NCBI GenBank assembly: GCA_965219685.1
Contig: CBDCOH010000002.1
Span: 2,336,001 to 2,400,000, forward strand
DNA from: Candidatus Spongiisociaceae bacterium
GTDB taxonomy: Bacteria; Actinomycetota; Acidimicrobiia; Spongiisociales; Spongiisociaceae
Reading direction: 5' to 3'
Length of the DNA stretch: 64,000 nt
In this document: in pieces, positions 1 to 9,031 of the stretch
Layout: each line of letters starts with the position of its first letter
Numbering within the stretch: the first letter of the stretch is position 1
Program-made: the position numbers and the translations under genes
Notes under the pieces: model-generated
What the model was told of the DNA's origin: nothing
The model's database searches: none
The model's input: only the letters and a program-made list of their open reading frames with translations

Positions 1-401
1 CGTGGAAGGAAGCGCGGGCCTACGACTTCGCCGTCCGCCGGCCCCACGCTCCAGGTCGCCACATCGGCAACGTGAGCGTATGGCACCTCTCCCGTTCTTC
101 CCGCAGTGGCGAGATCGGCTACTGGATCCGAACCGACGAGACCGGCCTCGGAATCGCCACGGAAGTAGCGCGGTCGGCGCTCAGGATCGGTTTCCGAGAA
201 CTGGGCATGCACAGGGTAGTGCTGCGGATCGCCCTGGGAAACGTCCCGAGCGAGCGGGTCGCAGCCAAGCTCGGCTTCGTCCGCGAGGGCGTCTTACGGG
301 AGGAGATCAAGGTGGGCGACCGGTGGCTGGACCACTCGGTCTGGGGGTTGCTGGAACACGAGTTCCGACGCTCTGGAAACCCGAAACGCTCAATCATCTA
401 G
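1..401 (+). CDS. RimJ/RimL-type GNAT N-acetyltransferase, 5' truncated by window edge
   Basis: Frame open from position 3; EIGYWI, GLGIATE, N..SERVAAKLGF..EG.LR motifs. Confidence 0.9.
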   Translation, partial: WKEARAYDFAVRRPHAPGRHIGNVSVWHLSRSSRSGEIGYWIRTDETGLGIATEVARSALRIGFRELGMHRVVLRIALGNVPSERVAAKLGFVREGVLREEIKVGDRWLDHSVWGLLEHEFRRSGNPKRSII

Positions 402-483
402 AACACGCACCATCGCTACCCAGCGGCGTAGAACGCCGCCGATCGCCTGAGAACCCTCCCCAAGATCCGAAGGCCGAGGAGGA

Positions 484-699
484 CTAGCCGGGTTGAGAGG
501 CGAAGTCGCTTGCGTCCACAGGGTAGCTGCGAACGTACTCGAGGATCTCGCTCCGGAAGAACTTGAACGTCCGCCCGCCAGGGAGCCGGTAGGCCGGGAG
601 CCGGCCCTCTCGTGCGTACTTCCGCACCATCTGAACGTTCATGTCCAGGAGGTCAGCTACTTCCTGAGCCCCGAGAATCCGATCGTCTTCGCGTGCCAT
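484..699 (-). CDS. Small excisionase/BldC-like helix-turn-helix protein (HTH_17)
   Basis: 71 aa, EVADLL..N...VRKYAREGRLPAYRLPGG; GGAAAGGG upstream. Confidence 0.85.
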   Translation of the reverse strand: MAREDDRILGAQEVADLLDMNVQMVRKYAREGRLPAYRLPGGRTFKFFRSEILEYVRSYPVDASDFASQPG

Positions 700-780
700 A
701 ACTCGTCCCTTTCCATCCGGGAGGTATCATCGTCGCCGGTGATACCCGGTGTTATCATGTGGTGACCCGCCACTGGCCGG

Positions 781-2352
781 ATGCCAAAGCTGTCGTCCGA
801 CAGGCTACCGCAACCCAAGCGAGCCAAGGATAGTTTATCTTACTTCTCGGCTGTCCGAATGCATATTCGATGGACATCCGCCGAAAGGGGTCGAAAACTG
901 CACCGGATACGACCGTCGCGTGCCAAGTGGTGGGGCAACCGATCCCACATCATCTACACGATCACTGTCTTCGTTGTCCTGGCGTCGCTCGACAACGCAG
1001 CGATAGCTCTCTACCCGGCCCTGACCAAGGTGATGGCCGCCGATCTGGAGGTGAGGGAGTCGAGACTCGGTCTGGTGACGGCTCTGGTGATCCTGGTCTC
1101 CGCCGTGACGGCGGTGGCTTGGGGCTACTACGGCGACCGGTCCCGGCGCAAGCCTCTCATGTTCTGGGCCACCCTCCTCTGGAGCCTCGGGTTGCTGATG
1201 GTGGCCAGATCCGGGTCTCTTGCCGAACTCGCCTGGTGGTCCGCCGTGGTCGGAGTCGGGCTGGGAGCCATAGCCTCGGTGGGATTCTCCATAATCTCGG
1301 ACTTCATATCCCCGAGGCGGCGAGGCCTGGCAATGAGCTTCTGGGGACTCTCCCAGGGTACCGGCGGGTTCTTCGGCATCCTGGTTGGCGGGGTGCTCGG
1401 GGCCGAGAACTGGCGAGCCCCCTTCGTGGGCCTGGCCTTGATCAGCATCGGAGTGGCAGTCATCTATCTGACAACCCTCGACGCCCCCCGTGCGAGATCG
1501 GAGCCGGAGCTGGCCGCGGCACTGGCAGCCGGGGGAAGCTACGAGTTCCGGATCGAGAGGTCCGACCTGGCCGGGCTCTGGCATACCCGCACCAACCGCT
1601 GGCTCATCCTCCAGGGGCTCACCGCGCAGTTTGCCTACGGATCGTTGATATGGGTGCCTCTCCTGTATCAGAGCAAGGTCCAGGCCTTGGGGTACGACCT
1701 GAGCACGGCCACCGCGGTGGGGGCGGTATTCGGCGCGATCTTCCAGATCGGAGGCGTGACCTCGATACTGACCGGGCATCTGGGGGATCGGTTCCAGCGG
1801 CGCACCGCTCGGGCCAGGGCGATCATATCGATGGTGGGAATCCTCGGCGCCATACCGTTTTTCGTCGCCTTCTTCTTCGTCCCGCTAACCGGACTCGACA
1901 TCCCCACCGGCGAGGGCAGCATGGCCATAGTCGTGGCCACGCTGGCCAGCGTGGTGACCAATCCGTATGCCGCCAGCGCCTTCGGCCTATCGGTGATCGC
2001 GCTGGCATTCACCTCGGCTGACTCCGCCAACTGGTACGCCCTGATCTCGGATGTCAACCTCCCTGAACACCGGGGAACCGCCTTCGGGCTGGGAAACCTC
2101 TCCAACGGGATCTCCCGGACGCTCGGAAACGCTCTCACGGTGGTCGCGGCGGGCCTCCTGACGGCCCGCTTCTCCGCACCTTGGAACTACGCCATCGGGT
2201 TGACGGCCTTCCAGGTGTTCTTCATACCCACCGGGCTGTGCTACTGGATGGCGTCCAAGACCTGCCCCGGCGACATCGAGCGCGTCCGCAAGTTGCTCGC
2301 CAGGCGGGGGCGGGAGGCCTTCGCAGCGGTTGACGAACCGGATGGCGGATGA
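781..2352 (+). CDS. MFS transporter (true start may be downstream)
   Basis: About 12 hydrophobic segments; WGYYGDRSRRK and GHLGDRFQRR motif-A loops. Confidence 0.9.
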   Translation: MPKLSSDRLPQPKRAKDSLSYFSAVRMHIRWTSAERGRKLHRIRPSRAKWWGNRSHIIYTITVFVVLASLDNAAIALYPALTKVMAADLEVRESRLGLVTALVILVSAVTAVAWGYYGDRSRRKPLMFWATLLWSLGLLMVARSGSLAELAWWSAVVGVGLGAIASVGFSIISDFISPRRRGLAMSFWGLSQGTGGFFGILVGGVLGAENWRAPFVGLALISIGVAVIYLTTLDAPRARSEPELAAALAAGGSYEFRIERSDLAGLWHTRTNRWLILQGLTAQFAYGSLIWVPLLYQSKVQALGYDLSTATAVGAVFGAIFQIGGVTSILTGHLGDRFQRRTARARAIISMVGILGAIPFFVAFFFVPLTGLDIPTGEGSMAIVVATLASVVTNPYAASAFGLSVIALAFTSADSANWYALISDVNLPEHRGTAFGLGNLSNGISRTLGNALTVVAAGLLTARFSAPWNYAIGLTAFQVFFIPTGLCYWMASKTCPGDIERVRKLLARRGREAFAAVDEPDGG

Positions 2353-2661
2353 ACCGCAGTCCACTGTCCGGAGCGGTTGCGCGGACCGGTCCCCGCGTCC
2401 AATCCCGACCGGTCCTCGGCCGCCGGCCTTATCGACCCCCCGTACCGGCTTGCAATGGGGTACCCTCGCTAGGGTGGGCTCGGTAGCTTGCCTGCCCGGT
2501 GGCGCTCCTAACCGGACCGCCGGCGTGTCGGTCGCCCGATACGTCGATCCGAAGTGGGCGCAGCGAGATTGCCCGGGGCCGGAGCACGGCAACGGCGCGA
2601 CCTCGTGCCTTCGTCGGCAGGCAGACCACCGGAGCCTGCATAACCGATCAAGGAGACTTGT

Positions 2662-2883
2662 TTGCCCAGGGACGACGTTCTACGAGTTCAGGGAAGCGTC
2701 ATCGAGACCCTCCCCAACGCCATGTTCAGCGTACAGATCGACGGAGGGTTGAAAGTCCTCGCCCGTGCATCCGGGAAGATGCGCCGGGGACGCTTCATAC
2801 GCATCCTGCCTGGAGACCGGGTGGATGTGGAACTGTCGGCATACGACCCCAGCCGGGGCCGGATCGTCTGGCGGTACAAGTAG
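2662..2883 (+). CDS. infA: Translation initiation factor IF-1
   Basis: [11 protein letters not shown]...SGKMR...[23 protein letters not shown]; AAGGAG RBS, TTG start. Confidence 0.97.
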   Translation: MPRDDVLRVQGSVIETLPNAMFSVQIDGGLKVLARASGKMRRGRFIRILPGDRVDVELSAYDPSRGRIVWRYK

Positions 2884-3009
2884 TCGGTAGTCGGTAGTCG
2901 GTAGTCGGTAGTCGGTAGTCGGTAGTCGGTAGTCGGTAGTCGAGTTTAACTACAACGTTAACTAGTAAACCAATGAAACTAGTGACTATGGACTAACAAC
3001 TACAGACTA
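2881..3009. repeat. Heptamer array (TAGTCGG)x8+1 facing a degenerate opposite-strand TAGTNNN arm
   Basis: Begins with the infA TAG; minus strand from the tauE stop reads TAGTCTG TAGTTGT TAGTCCA TAGTCAC TAGTTTC. Confidence 0.95.
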
Positions 3010-3747
3010 AAACATCATCCTGACCGCGGATCCTACGGCACCGAGAACCAGAACCCACCGCGCCCAGGCGGCCCCTTTGCTCACCGCCAGTCTGGCCGCC
3101 AGGTAGGCGCCTGAGGAGTACCCCGCCGCCAGGACCAGGCCCAGAGTCAGGTCGACGTGGCCGGCCAGAACGTAGAACGGCAGGACCACCACGGTATAGA
3201 CGAGAATCAGGGCCACTTTGGCGCCATTGCCTCTCAGCAGGTCGAACCCGGAGCCCAAGACCAGGGCGGTTAGCAACAGGATGCCCACACCGATCTGGAT
3301 GAAGCCCCCGTAGAAGCCAATGAACACGAACACGACGGTTCGCCACAAAGGGGAAAGCCGGGTCGGCACGTCCTCTAGCCAGCGGTTGGTGTTGAAGACC
3401 GCCGAGAGGGCCACGAACAGCAAGACCACCGCGAATACACGTTGCATACCCTCCGGCGACAGTTGCGTGGCAGTCCATGCTCCCAGGGCGCTCCCTACCA
3501 GGACCGGAGGCAACAGCCGCCTGACCCTCAGCCACGCGATCGACTTGCCCTGCTGGTATGCGCTTACCCCGGCGATGTTGGCAAAGAGGACAGCGACCCT
3601 GATCGTCCCGTTGGCGATGTTGGCATTGGCCATGAGGGTCACCAACGGGACGGTTAGCGCCGAGCCACCTCCGGCCACGGCGTTGATGAAGCCGGCGCCG
3701 AACCCGGCAAGGAACAGGATGACCAGCTCGAGTTCCGTGAGCTACAC
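3007..3747 (-). CDS. TauE/SafE (TSUP) sulfite-exporter family protein; in-frame TAG right after the likely GTG start
   Basis: LFLAGFGAGFINAVAGGGS N-terminus and IGFYGGFIQIGVG motif; GTG at 3747, TAG at 3744-3742. Confidence 0.85.
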
Positions 3748-3809
3748 CTTTGCGGGAACGACAGGCCACCCGGCCTGCACGAGCGGGGAGAAAACCAAGT
3801 GGCCGGCGG

Positions 3810-3896
3810 CTGGTAGCCGGTGTCCGGTGACTTGTGTGCCTAGTGCCTGGTATCGTAGTCTATCCATAACCATTCGACACACCTAACACCTAACTA
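3810..3896. repeat. Degenerate heptamer arms downstream of bpa
   Basis: Plus TGGTAGC CGGTGTC CGGTGAC; minus from the bpa stop TAG TTAGG TGTTAGG TGTGTCG. Confidence 0.6.
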
Positions 3897-4409
3897 GAGA
3901 TACAGGCCCGGAGACGTTTCATCCCCCTCATCGGGCGACCTGCCGCTGCGTATCTGCTTCAACTGCGCCCGCGCTGCCATCTGCTGCGTCATGATTGCGG
4001 CGTGTATACCGTTGAACAGACCCTCGAGCCAACCGATCAACTGCGCCTGCGCAACTCGGATCTCGGCCTGGGTCGGGATCTCCCTGTCCAGCGGAACGAA
4101 TACATCGGCGAGTTCGGCCCGAAGATCATCGGTCAGAACGCTGTTCAACTGCTCCATCGATGCCTCGAACACAGCTCGCAGCCGAACCCTGCCCTCCTCG
4201 TCCAGGGTGGCCGTTCTCACCTCTTCCAACATCGACCTGGTCATCGAAGCGATCCTCAACAGCTTGGCCGGCTCTTCGATGCGTTCCTGGGCGTCCGCGT
4301 CGGCGGCTGCCGACTCGACCACCATCAACGCTGAGTCCGACGCCTCCGGCCCATGAGCCGCCCCATCATCGATCATCGAAGCCTCCCAATCTCCCGCGGG
4401 ATCCCACAA
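3894..4409 (-). CDS. bpa: Bacterial proteasome activator Bpa/PafE
   Basis: EEPAKLLRI..M...LEEVR, AEIRVAQAQLIGWLEGLF and C-terminal GLYL (HbYX) motif. Confidence 0.93.
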   Translation of the reverse strand: MWDPAGDWEASMIDDGAAHGPEASDSALMVVESAAADADAQERIEEPAKLLRIASMTRSMLEEVRTATLDEEGRVRLRAVFEASMEQLNSVLTDDLRAELADVFVPLDREIPTQAEIRVAQAQLIGWLEGLFNGIHAAIMTQQMAARAQLKQIRSGRSPDEGDETSPGLYL

Positions 4410-4539
4410 GCAGGAAACACTCGCCCACTCAGGTACTCACCATAACGCCATCCGGGCAGTTACGAGGGTCGCTCCTACTCACCCGCGGACCGTCTCAGGC
4501 CCGCCGCCCCCCGGTCACGCACCGAGCTATCCGGGACTA

Positions 4540-5124
4540 TCAATCGAGCCAGTCGTCGAGCACAAGGCCGGAGTCTCGCCTGCGGTCTCCGCGCGCCATC
4601 AGCCTCAGTCCACGCACCCAGACCGGTAGGACGACACCGAAGAACCTTCTCCAACCGGCGATCAGGGCAACCGTCAGATACAAGGCCGGGACCCACCGCA
4701 ACGTGCCATGGAGGGTCGCGGACCAGAGAAAGACCCCGAGCAGGTAGCCGGTGCCCATCATGACCACCGACGGGTTGTGTGCAACCAAGGATCCGACGAA
4801 CACGACGGCCGCAACAGGCCCCACGGTCCACCAGGAGATGTAACCACCCAGACCCAGACCCAGACCCAGCCCGACTCCAACCCAGGAGTCTGCCCTCAGG
4901 TCCCACTCCTTCAGCCGGGTGTCGCGGGCAGCCGCCCTAGCGAAACGACCGTCGAAGTAGTCGGTGCACCAGGCAAGGCCGACCAATCCGACAGCCATGT
5001 CGACTTGTCGATTCGCCACGAGCCAGGCGAGAAGTGGGGCACTCACCAATCGTGAGAACGTGAGCACGTCGGCGACAGCGGCCCGGTCGACAACCACACC
5101 CCCGGCGCCCAGGTTGCGTTCCAT
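4540..5124 (-). CDS. CDP-alcohol phosphatidyltransferase family protein
   Basis: AD.LT.SRL ... D.FDG.FAR ... W.D..AD signature; start approximate. Confidence 0.85.
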   Translation of the reverse strand: MERNLGAGGVVVDRAAVADVLTFSRLVSAPLLAWLVANRQVDMAVGLVGLAWCTDYFDGRFARAAARDTRLKEWDLRADSWVGVGLGLGLGLGGYISWWTVGPVAAVVFVGSLVAHNPSVVMMGTGYLLGVFLWSATLHGTLRWVPALYLTVALIAGWRRFFGVVLPVWVRGLRLMARGDRRRDSGLVLDDWLD

Positions 5125-5394
5125 TGAACTACTCCGGTATACAACCCCTCTCCATATCAATGCTACGCGTCTTGAGCCTCGGGTGGCCACCGATCTCTGG
5201 TGTTTCCGGCAACTCCCGGAGGTCGAGCACGTCCGCCCGACGCCCGACAAAGCGGGTCGGCTAGCGCCGGAAGTGCATGGCTGACGAGCATGGCCGCTCC
5301 GCCGGAGACCGGTCAGCCCTTCAACCGCCGGAGGGACTCTGGCTACGATCGTGTCAACACTAGCGCCGCCCATCGCTACCGCGGCGGCGTCCAT

Positions 5395-5467
5395 GCCCGC
5401 GTAGCTCAGGGGATAGAGCAACCGCCTCCTAAGCGGTAGGTCGCAGGTTCGAATCCTGCCGCGGGCG
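5395..5467 (+). tRNA. tRNA-Arg (anticodon CCT)
   Basis: Cloverleaf: GCCCGCG/CGCGGGC acceptor, ACCGC-CTCCTAA-GCGGT anticodon arm, GGTTCGAATCC T-arm; CCA not fully encoded. Confidence 0.97.
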
Positions 5468-5713
5468 CCGCGGGGTCTTCGCGGGTTAGGGGTCTGGGGG
5501 GGGGGGGGGGATTCTGGCCTATTTCGGGCTGGTCGGGGCAGAATTGGCCGGTGTTCGGGGTTGTGGGGCCGGTTATGGGCGCTGGCGGTGTTGACTGTGA
5601 ACCGTTCCCGTGGGTTTCCGAGCTTGATAAGTTGGGAGAACCTGGGTCATGGGTGTCCACTGTGGCAGATCCCCTGTGACGAATCGTTGAACTCCCCGGT
5701 CCCGGTTTCTGGG

Positions 5714-5950
5714 TCAGCGATGCTGGGACGCGATCTCCCCTATCAGATACTGGACAGATACCGGAATCCGCTGATGTGGGTACGCGTTCTCCACCAACCG
5801 CAGCAGCTCGTCCGGGTGTGACAGCCCTGTTTCTCCCATAAGGAACCGGATGTCGCCCATGTCATCGGCCCGGCCGGAAACAACTTTCATCGCCAGGATG
5901 TACTCGGCGTTAGGGCTGTAAACGCGTAGGCGGTTGCCGGTGAACACCGG
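5714..5950 (-). pseudogene. C-terminal remnant of a DUF6036-like nucleotidyltransferase (toxin-antitoxin-type)
   Basis: LRVYSPNAEYILAMKVVSGRADDMGDIRFL; no coherent N-terminus. Confidence 0.6.
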
Positions 5951-6029
5951 CTCCCCGCGACACCGATCCCCCACGCCACAAGGACTACGAGGCGGGTTCG
6001 CCCGGCCCGCGCCCCGCCACGCGCGCCCC

Positions 6030-6553
6030 GCCACTGCAACTCCTCAGCGCCAGCTCGACGTCGATCAACGAAGGCGCGAGCGGACATCAACATCACCCTC
6101 CGGCTAGCCCGCCCCGCCGAAGCCGACATGCGGATCAACCTGAAAGCGTACGGAACGGCGACGCTCTGGAGTGATTACTCCTGGACGGATTTCATCCAAA
6201 TCTACGCCGGGGAGCGATCCGGGACGACCATACTCAACCACCTACACGACTCAGCCGTGGAGGGCGACGAGTACATCATCATCCGCCCGGAATCTGTACC
6301 CCAGGAGGCCTACCCTTCGCCGGGGGCGGCGGTCTACTCCCTGACCGCCCTGCGGATCACTATCATCGCCGACGGACCGGCCGGCGCCAGCCGCCAGCAC
6401 CCAGCACACTGATCCCGCCCTCGCCGAGATCACCCGCCGCCAGGCCGAATGTGCCAAGAGCATCAAAACCGAGATGGACGCGTGGCTGAACGGTACTGGC
6501 ACCGAGGCGGCGGTGAGGGCCGCCCAAAGCGCCAGCGCCGCGTGCCAGTTCTA
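6030..6553 (+). pseudogene. Frameshifted Calx-beta-domain surface protein remnant
   Basis: Joined frames read LSASSTSINEGA/ADINITLRL..GTATLWSDYS..IYAGERSGTT..DSAVEGDEYI. Confidence 0.6.
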
Positions 6554-6618
6554 GCCCCCGGCTCGCTGGCCGCGTTTAGCAAGGCGGGCGTCCGGACAGA
6601 CCGGGCAGCGCCCCCAGC

Positions 6619-6717
6619 GGTCCGCTACTCGGTTCACGTCGCCGGCGGACGGAGACCCGGTGGGGCTTACGCTGTCATCGCGGGCGGGATGGTGCCGCAG
6701 GCGCCGCTCTCAACCGG
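6619..6717 (+). repeat. ~100-bp direct repeat, copy 1
   Basis: Matches 8773-8872 with 6 substitutions and 1 indel. Confidence 0.95.
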
Positions 6718-6780
6718 CGCCCCCATCTGGGAGAAGCTGCCGGCGAGCCGCGTGACTGTGTCCCCGCAGGTCACCGCGGG

Positions 6781-6818
6781 TTGACATTCTGAGAGCTTTT
6801 CGTTACGGTTAGCTCTCA
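6781..6818 (+). promoter_or_regulatory. Sigma70-type promoter with overlapping inverted-repeat operator (abiE, probably leaderless)
   Basis: TTGACA-17 nt-TACGGT; TGAGAGCT(6790-6797) and AGCTCTCA(6811-6818); ATG at 6818 without RBS. Confidence 0.75.
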
Positions 6819-7414
6819 TGAGTGCGGCGCAGCTTGTACGGGAGCAGGTCGAGGCCGCTGCGGCGCGGTCGTTCATCTCTACCCGTGAGGTGGTAGGCTC
6901 TCGCCGCGCGGTCGAATGTGAGCTGTCCCGCCTGGCTGGTTCGGGAGCGGTCATCCGTGTACGGAGGGGCCTGTACTGGAAGGGGCCCCGCACCCGTCTC
7001 GGGATGCCGCTGCCCCGGCCCGATGAGATCGCACTCGCCGTGGCCGGACCTGGCGCAGGACCTGCTCGGTTGTCCGCGGCCGCACACCTCGGCTTGACCA
7101 CACAGGTACCGGCAGTCGACACGATCGCGGTTGCCGGACGGACCCCGACCGCCCCGGCGGCTACCCGGTTCGTATCCCGGTCCGTTGAGCGACGCATTCG
7201 CGACCTCACACCCACCGAAGTCGCCGTCATCGAGGTCCTTCGCGAGGGACCGGATCTGCTGGAAGTACCCTGGGAGGCCTTCGCAGCAGCGGTCACCCGG
7301 CTCGCAGCCTCCAGAGAACTGCGCCACGAGCGAATCACCGAACAGCTCGCCGATGAGCGCCACGTCGCAGCGCGAGAGCGCTGGCGACCGCTCGCGGAAA
7401 CGCTTGAGCCTTGA
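6818..7414 (+). CDS. Type IV toxin-antitoxin antitoxin AbiEi (DUF6088-like)
   Basis: Winged-helix LSRL...G..IRVRRGLY and AA.HLGLTTQVP; 4-nt overlap with the toxin. Confidence 0.88.
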   Translation: MSAAQLVREQVEAAAARSFISTREVVGSRRAVECELSRLAGSGAVIRVRRGLYWKGPRTRLGMPLPRPDEIALAVAGPGAGPARLSAAAHLGLTTQVPAVDTIAVAGRTPTAPAATRFVSRSVERRIRDLTPTEVAVIEVLREGPDLLEVPWEAFAAAVTRLAASRELRHERITEQLADERHVAARERWRPLAETLEP

Positions 7415-8355
7415 CCACTCCGCTCCGAACGCGCCTCGACGAACTCGAGGTATACGTCACCCGCGTCGCTGAAGCGACCAGCATCCCGCCAGCACACCTG
7501 GAGAAGGACTTCTGGGTAACCGAGGTCCTGCGGGGCGTATCCAACGCGTCGGAGGCCACCGGCTGCTCGGTCATCTTCAAAGGCGGCACCAGTCTGTCCA
7601 AGGCCTACCGGATCATCCGAAGGTTCTCCGAGGACGTGGACCTCGTCGTGGTGTTGCCCGAAGGCGGCAAGGGCGCGAAGGACTCCACGATGAAGACGTT
7701 CGTTGCGGCCGCCGAATCGACAACCGGCGTCGAAGGAGCCGTCGACCCCTTCTCCGCCACCAAAGGAGTGAAGAGAACAGCAACCTTCGCGTACCCCACG
7801 ACACACAGCTCAGCACTCAAACCTGGTGTGCACATGGAACTCGGCACCCGGGGCGGTGCGCTCCCAAATCGTCGGCTGCCCATCCGTTCACTGATCGCCG
7901 AGCACGCCGAGGCCGTCGACTTACCCATCGACTTCGAGGAAGCAGCACCGGTGAGTTTGCTCGTGCTCGAACCGGTCAGAACACTCGTAGAGAAGCTGAT
8001 CCTGCTTCACCACGCCGCCACCGAAGGCGACGCGCAGCGCCAAGCGGCGACGGCACGCCACTACTACGACGTCGATCGCCTGCTCCGCGATGACAGCGTG
8101 CTTTCGGACCTCCAATCGAATCCGATCGACCTGCTCGCCCGAGAAGTCACCGAGCACTCACGCGCCGCGAAATTGCCGACCGCGATGCGACCACGTGACG
8201 GCTTTGCTGCGAGCCCGGCCTGGGACCCTTCCGCGACCAGCAGCGCTGAAGCCGCATACAGCGCTGTGATGGATGAGTTGCTGTGGCCAGGCGCGCCGCG
8301 CTCATCGTTCGCGGAGTGCTGCCACCGAGCGCACGAACTCGCCGATCTCCTGTAG
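7411..8355 (+). CDS. AbiEii/AbiGii nucleotidyltransferase toxin
   Basis: EKDFWV..L, FKGGTSLSK.Y..I.RFSEDVDL, RTLVEKL, RHYYD motifs. Confidence 0.92.
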   Translation: MTTPLRTRLDELEVYVTRVAEATSIPPAHLEKDFWVTEVLRGVSNASEATGCSVIFKGGTSLSKAYRIIRRFSEDVDLVVVLPEGGKGAKDSTMKTFVAAAESTTGVEGAVDPFSATKGVKRTATFAYPTTHSSALKPGVHMELGTRGGALPNRRLPIRSLIAEHAEAVDLPIDFEEAAPVSLLVLEPVRTLVEKLILLHHAATEGDAQRQAATARHYYDVDRLLRDDSVLSDLQSNPIDLLAREVTEHSRAAKLPTAMRPRDGFAASPAWDPSATSSAEAAYSAVMDELLWPGAPRSSFAECCHRAHELADLL

Positions 8356-8477
8356 TCCACCAACACCACCGTGCCCTGTGCCGCGTGGCCGCCCTCTCGA
8401 TCGTGAAAGAGGTGATCGACCCTCCCCGCCTGTGCCGCCACCGGCGCGGTTCGAGGCAAGAAATTCGACCCGACGAG

Positions 8478-8770
8478 TCACGTCATCGATGGCATATGGA
8501 GGGTATCCGCACTGCCGAGCACGGCCGGGAACATCTCCTCGGGGGTCATCCCGGTGATCTTCACTAGAGAGGGTCGCCGCACAGGTCGAGGTCTTCGCCC
8601 CAGACGGTCGAGGTGCCCGGGCCGATCCGCACGGCGGAGAAGAACTCTCGGTCCTCCCACGCGACGAACACTCCGTCGCCCGCCAGGTGCGAGAGGTCCA
8701 CTTCGCCCTCAACCCCATTCTCGTAGCGGTGCCGGATTCGGTGCAGCTCCAGGGCGCGCACTTCGACGCC
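8478..8770 (-). pseudogene. DUF2442 antitoxin-like gene, start lost and 1-nt deletion
   Basis: EVRAL...Y.NGVEGEVDLSHL.G.GVF..W.D..FF..V..DLC; one added base at ~8564 restores LYVKITGMTPEEMFP. Confidence 0.75.
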
Positions 8771-8772
8771 GG

Positions 8773-8872
8773 GGTCCGCTACTCAGTTTCGCGTCGCCGG
8801 CGGACGGGGATCCGGTGGGGCTTACGCTGTCATCGCGGGCGGGATGGCGCCGCAGGCGCCACTCTCAACCGG
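8773..8872 (+). repeat. ~100-bp direct repeat, copy 2
   Basis: Matches 6619-6717. Confidence 0.95.
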
Positions 8873-9031
8873 GGCATCTACCGGCGGAATCACAACCTGA
8901 TTTGGGCCCTTAGCCTGAATCCACCGGTCGGGTTTCGTTGTTGGGGGTGAATAGCCGCGGAAAGTGCCTCTGACCTGGGACAATAACCGTAAGCAACAAG
9001 GGTATTGGCCCGGAGTCGGGAGGCACTTCCT

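Noticed and set aside
484-699. Excisionase marking a mobile element
   Set aside because: No integrase or att site nearby; stand-alone HTH_17 regulators are common
2353-2650. Structured RNA or riboswitch upstream of infA
   Set aside because: GC-rich but no recognisable family motif; needs an Infernal search
3742-3744. Pyrrolysine or stop-codon reassignment
   Set aside because: TAG terminates many core genes here (infA, clpC, cysS, ftsH) and no pyl genes are present
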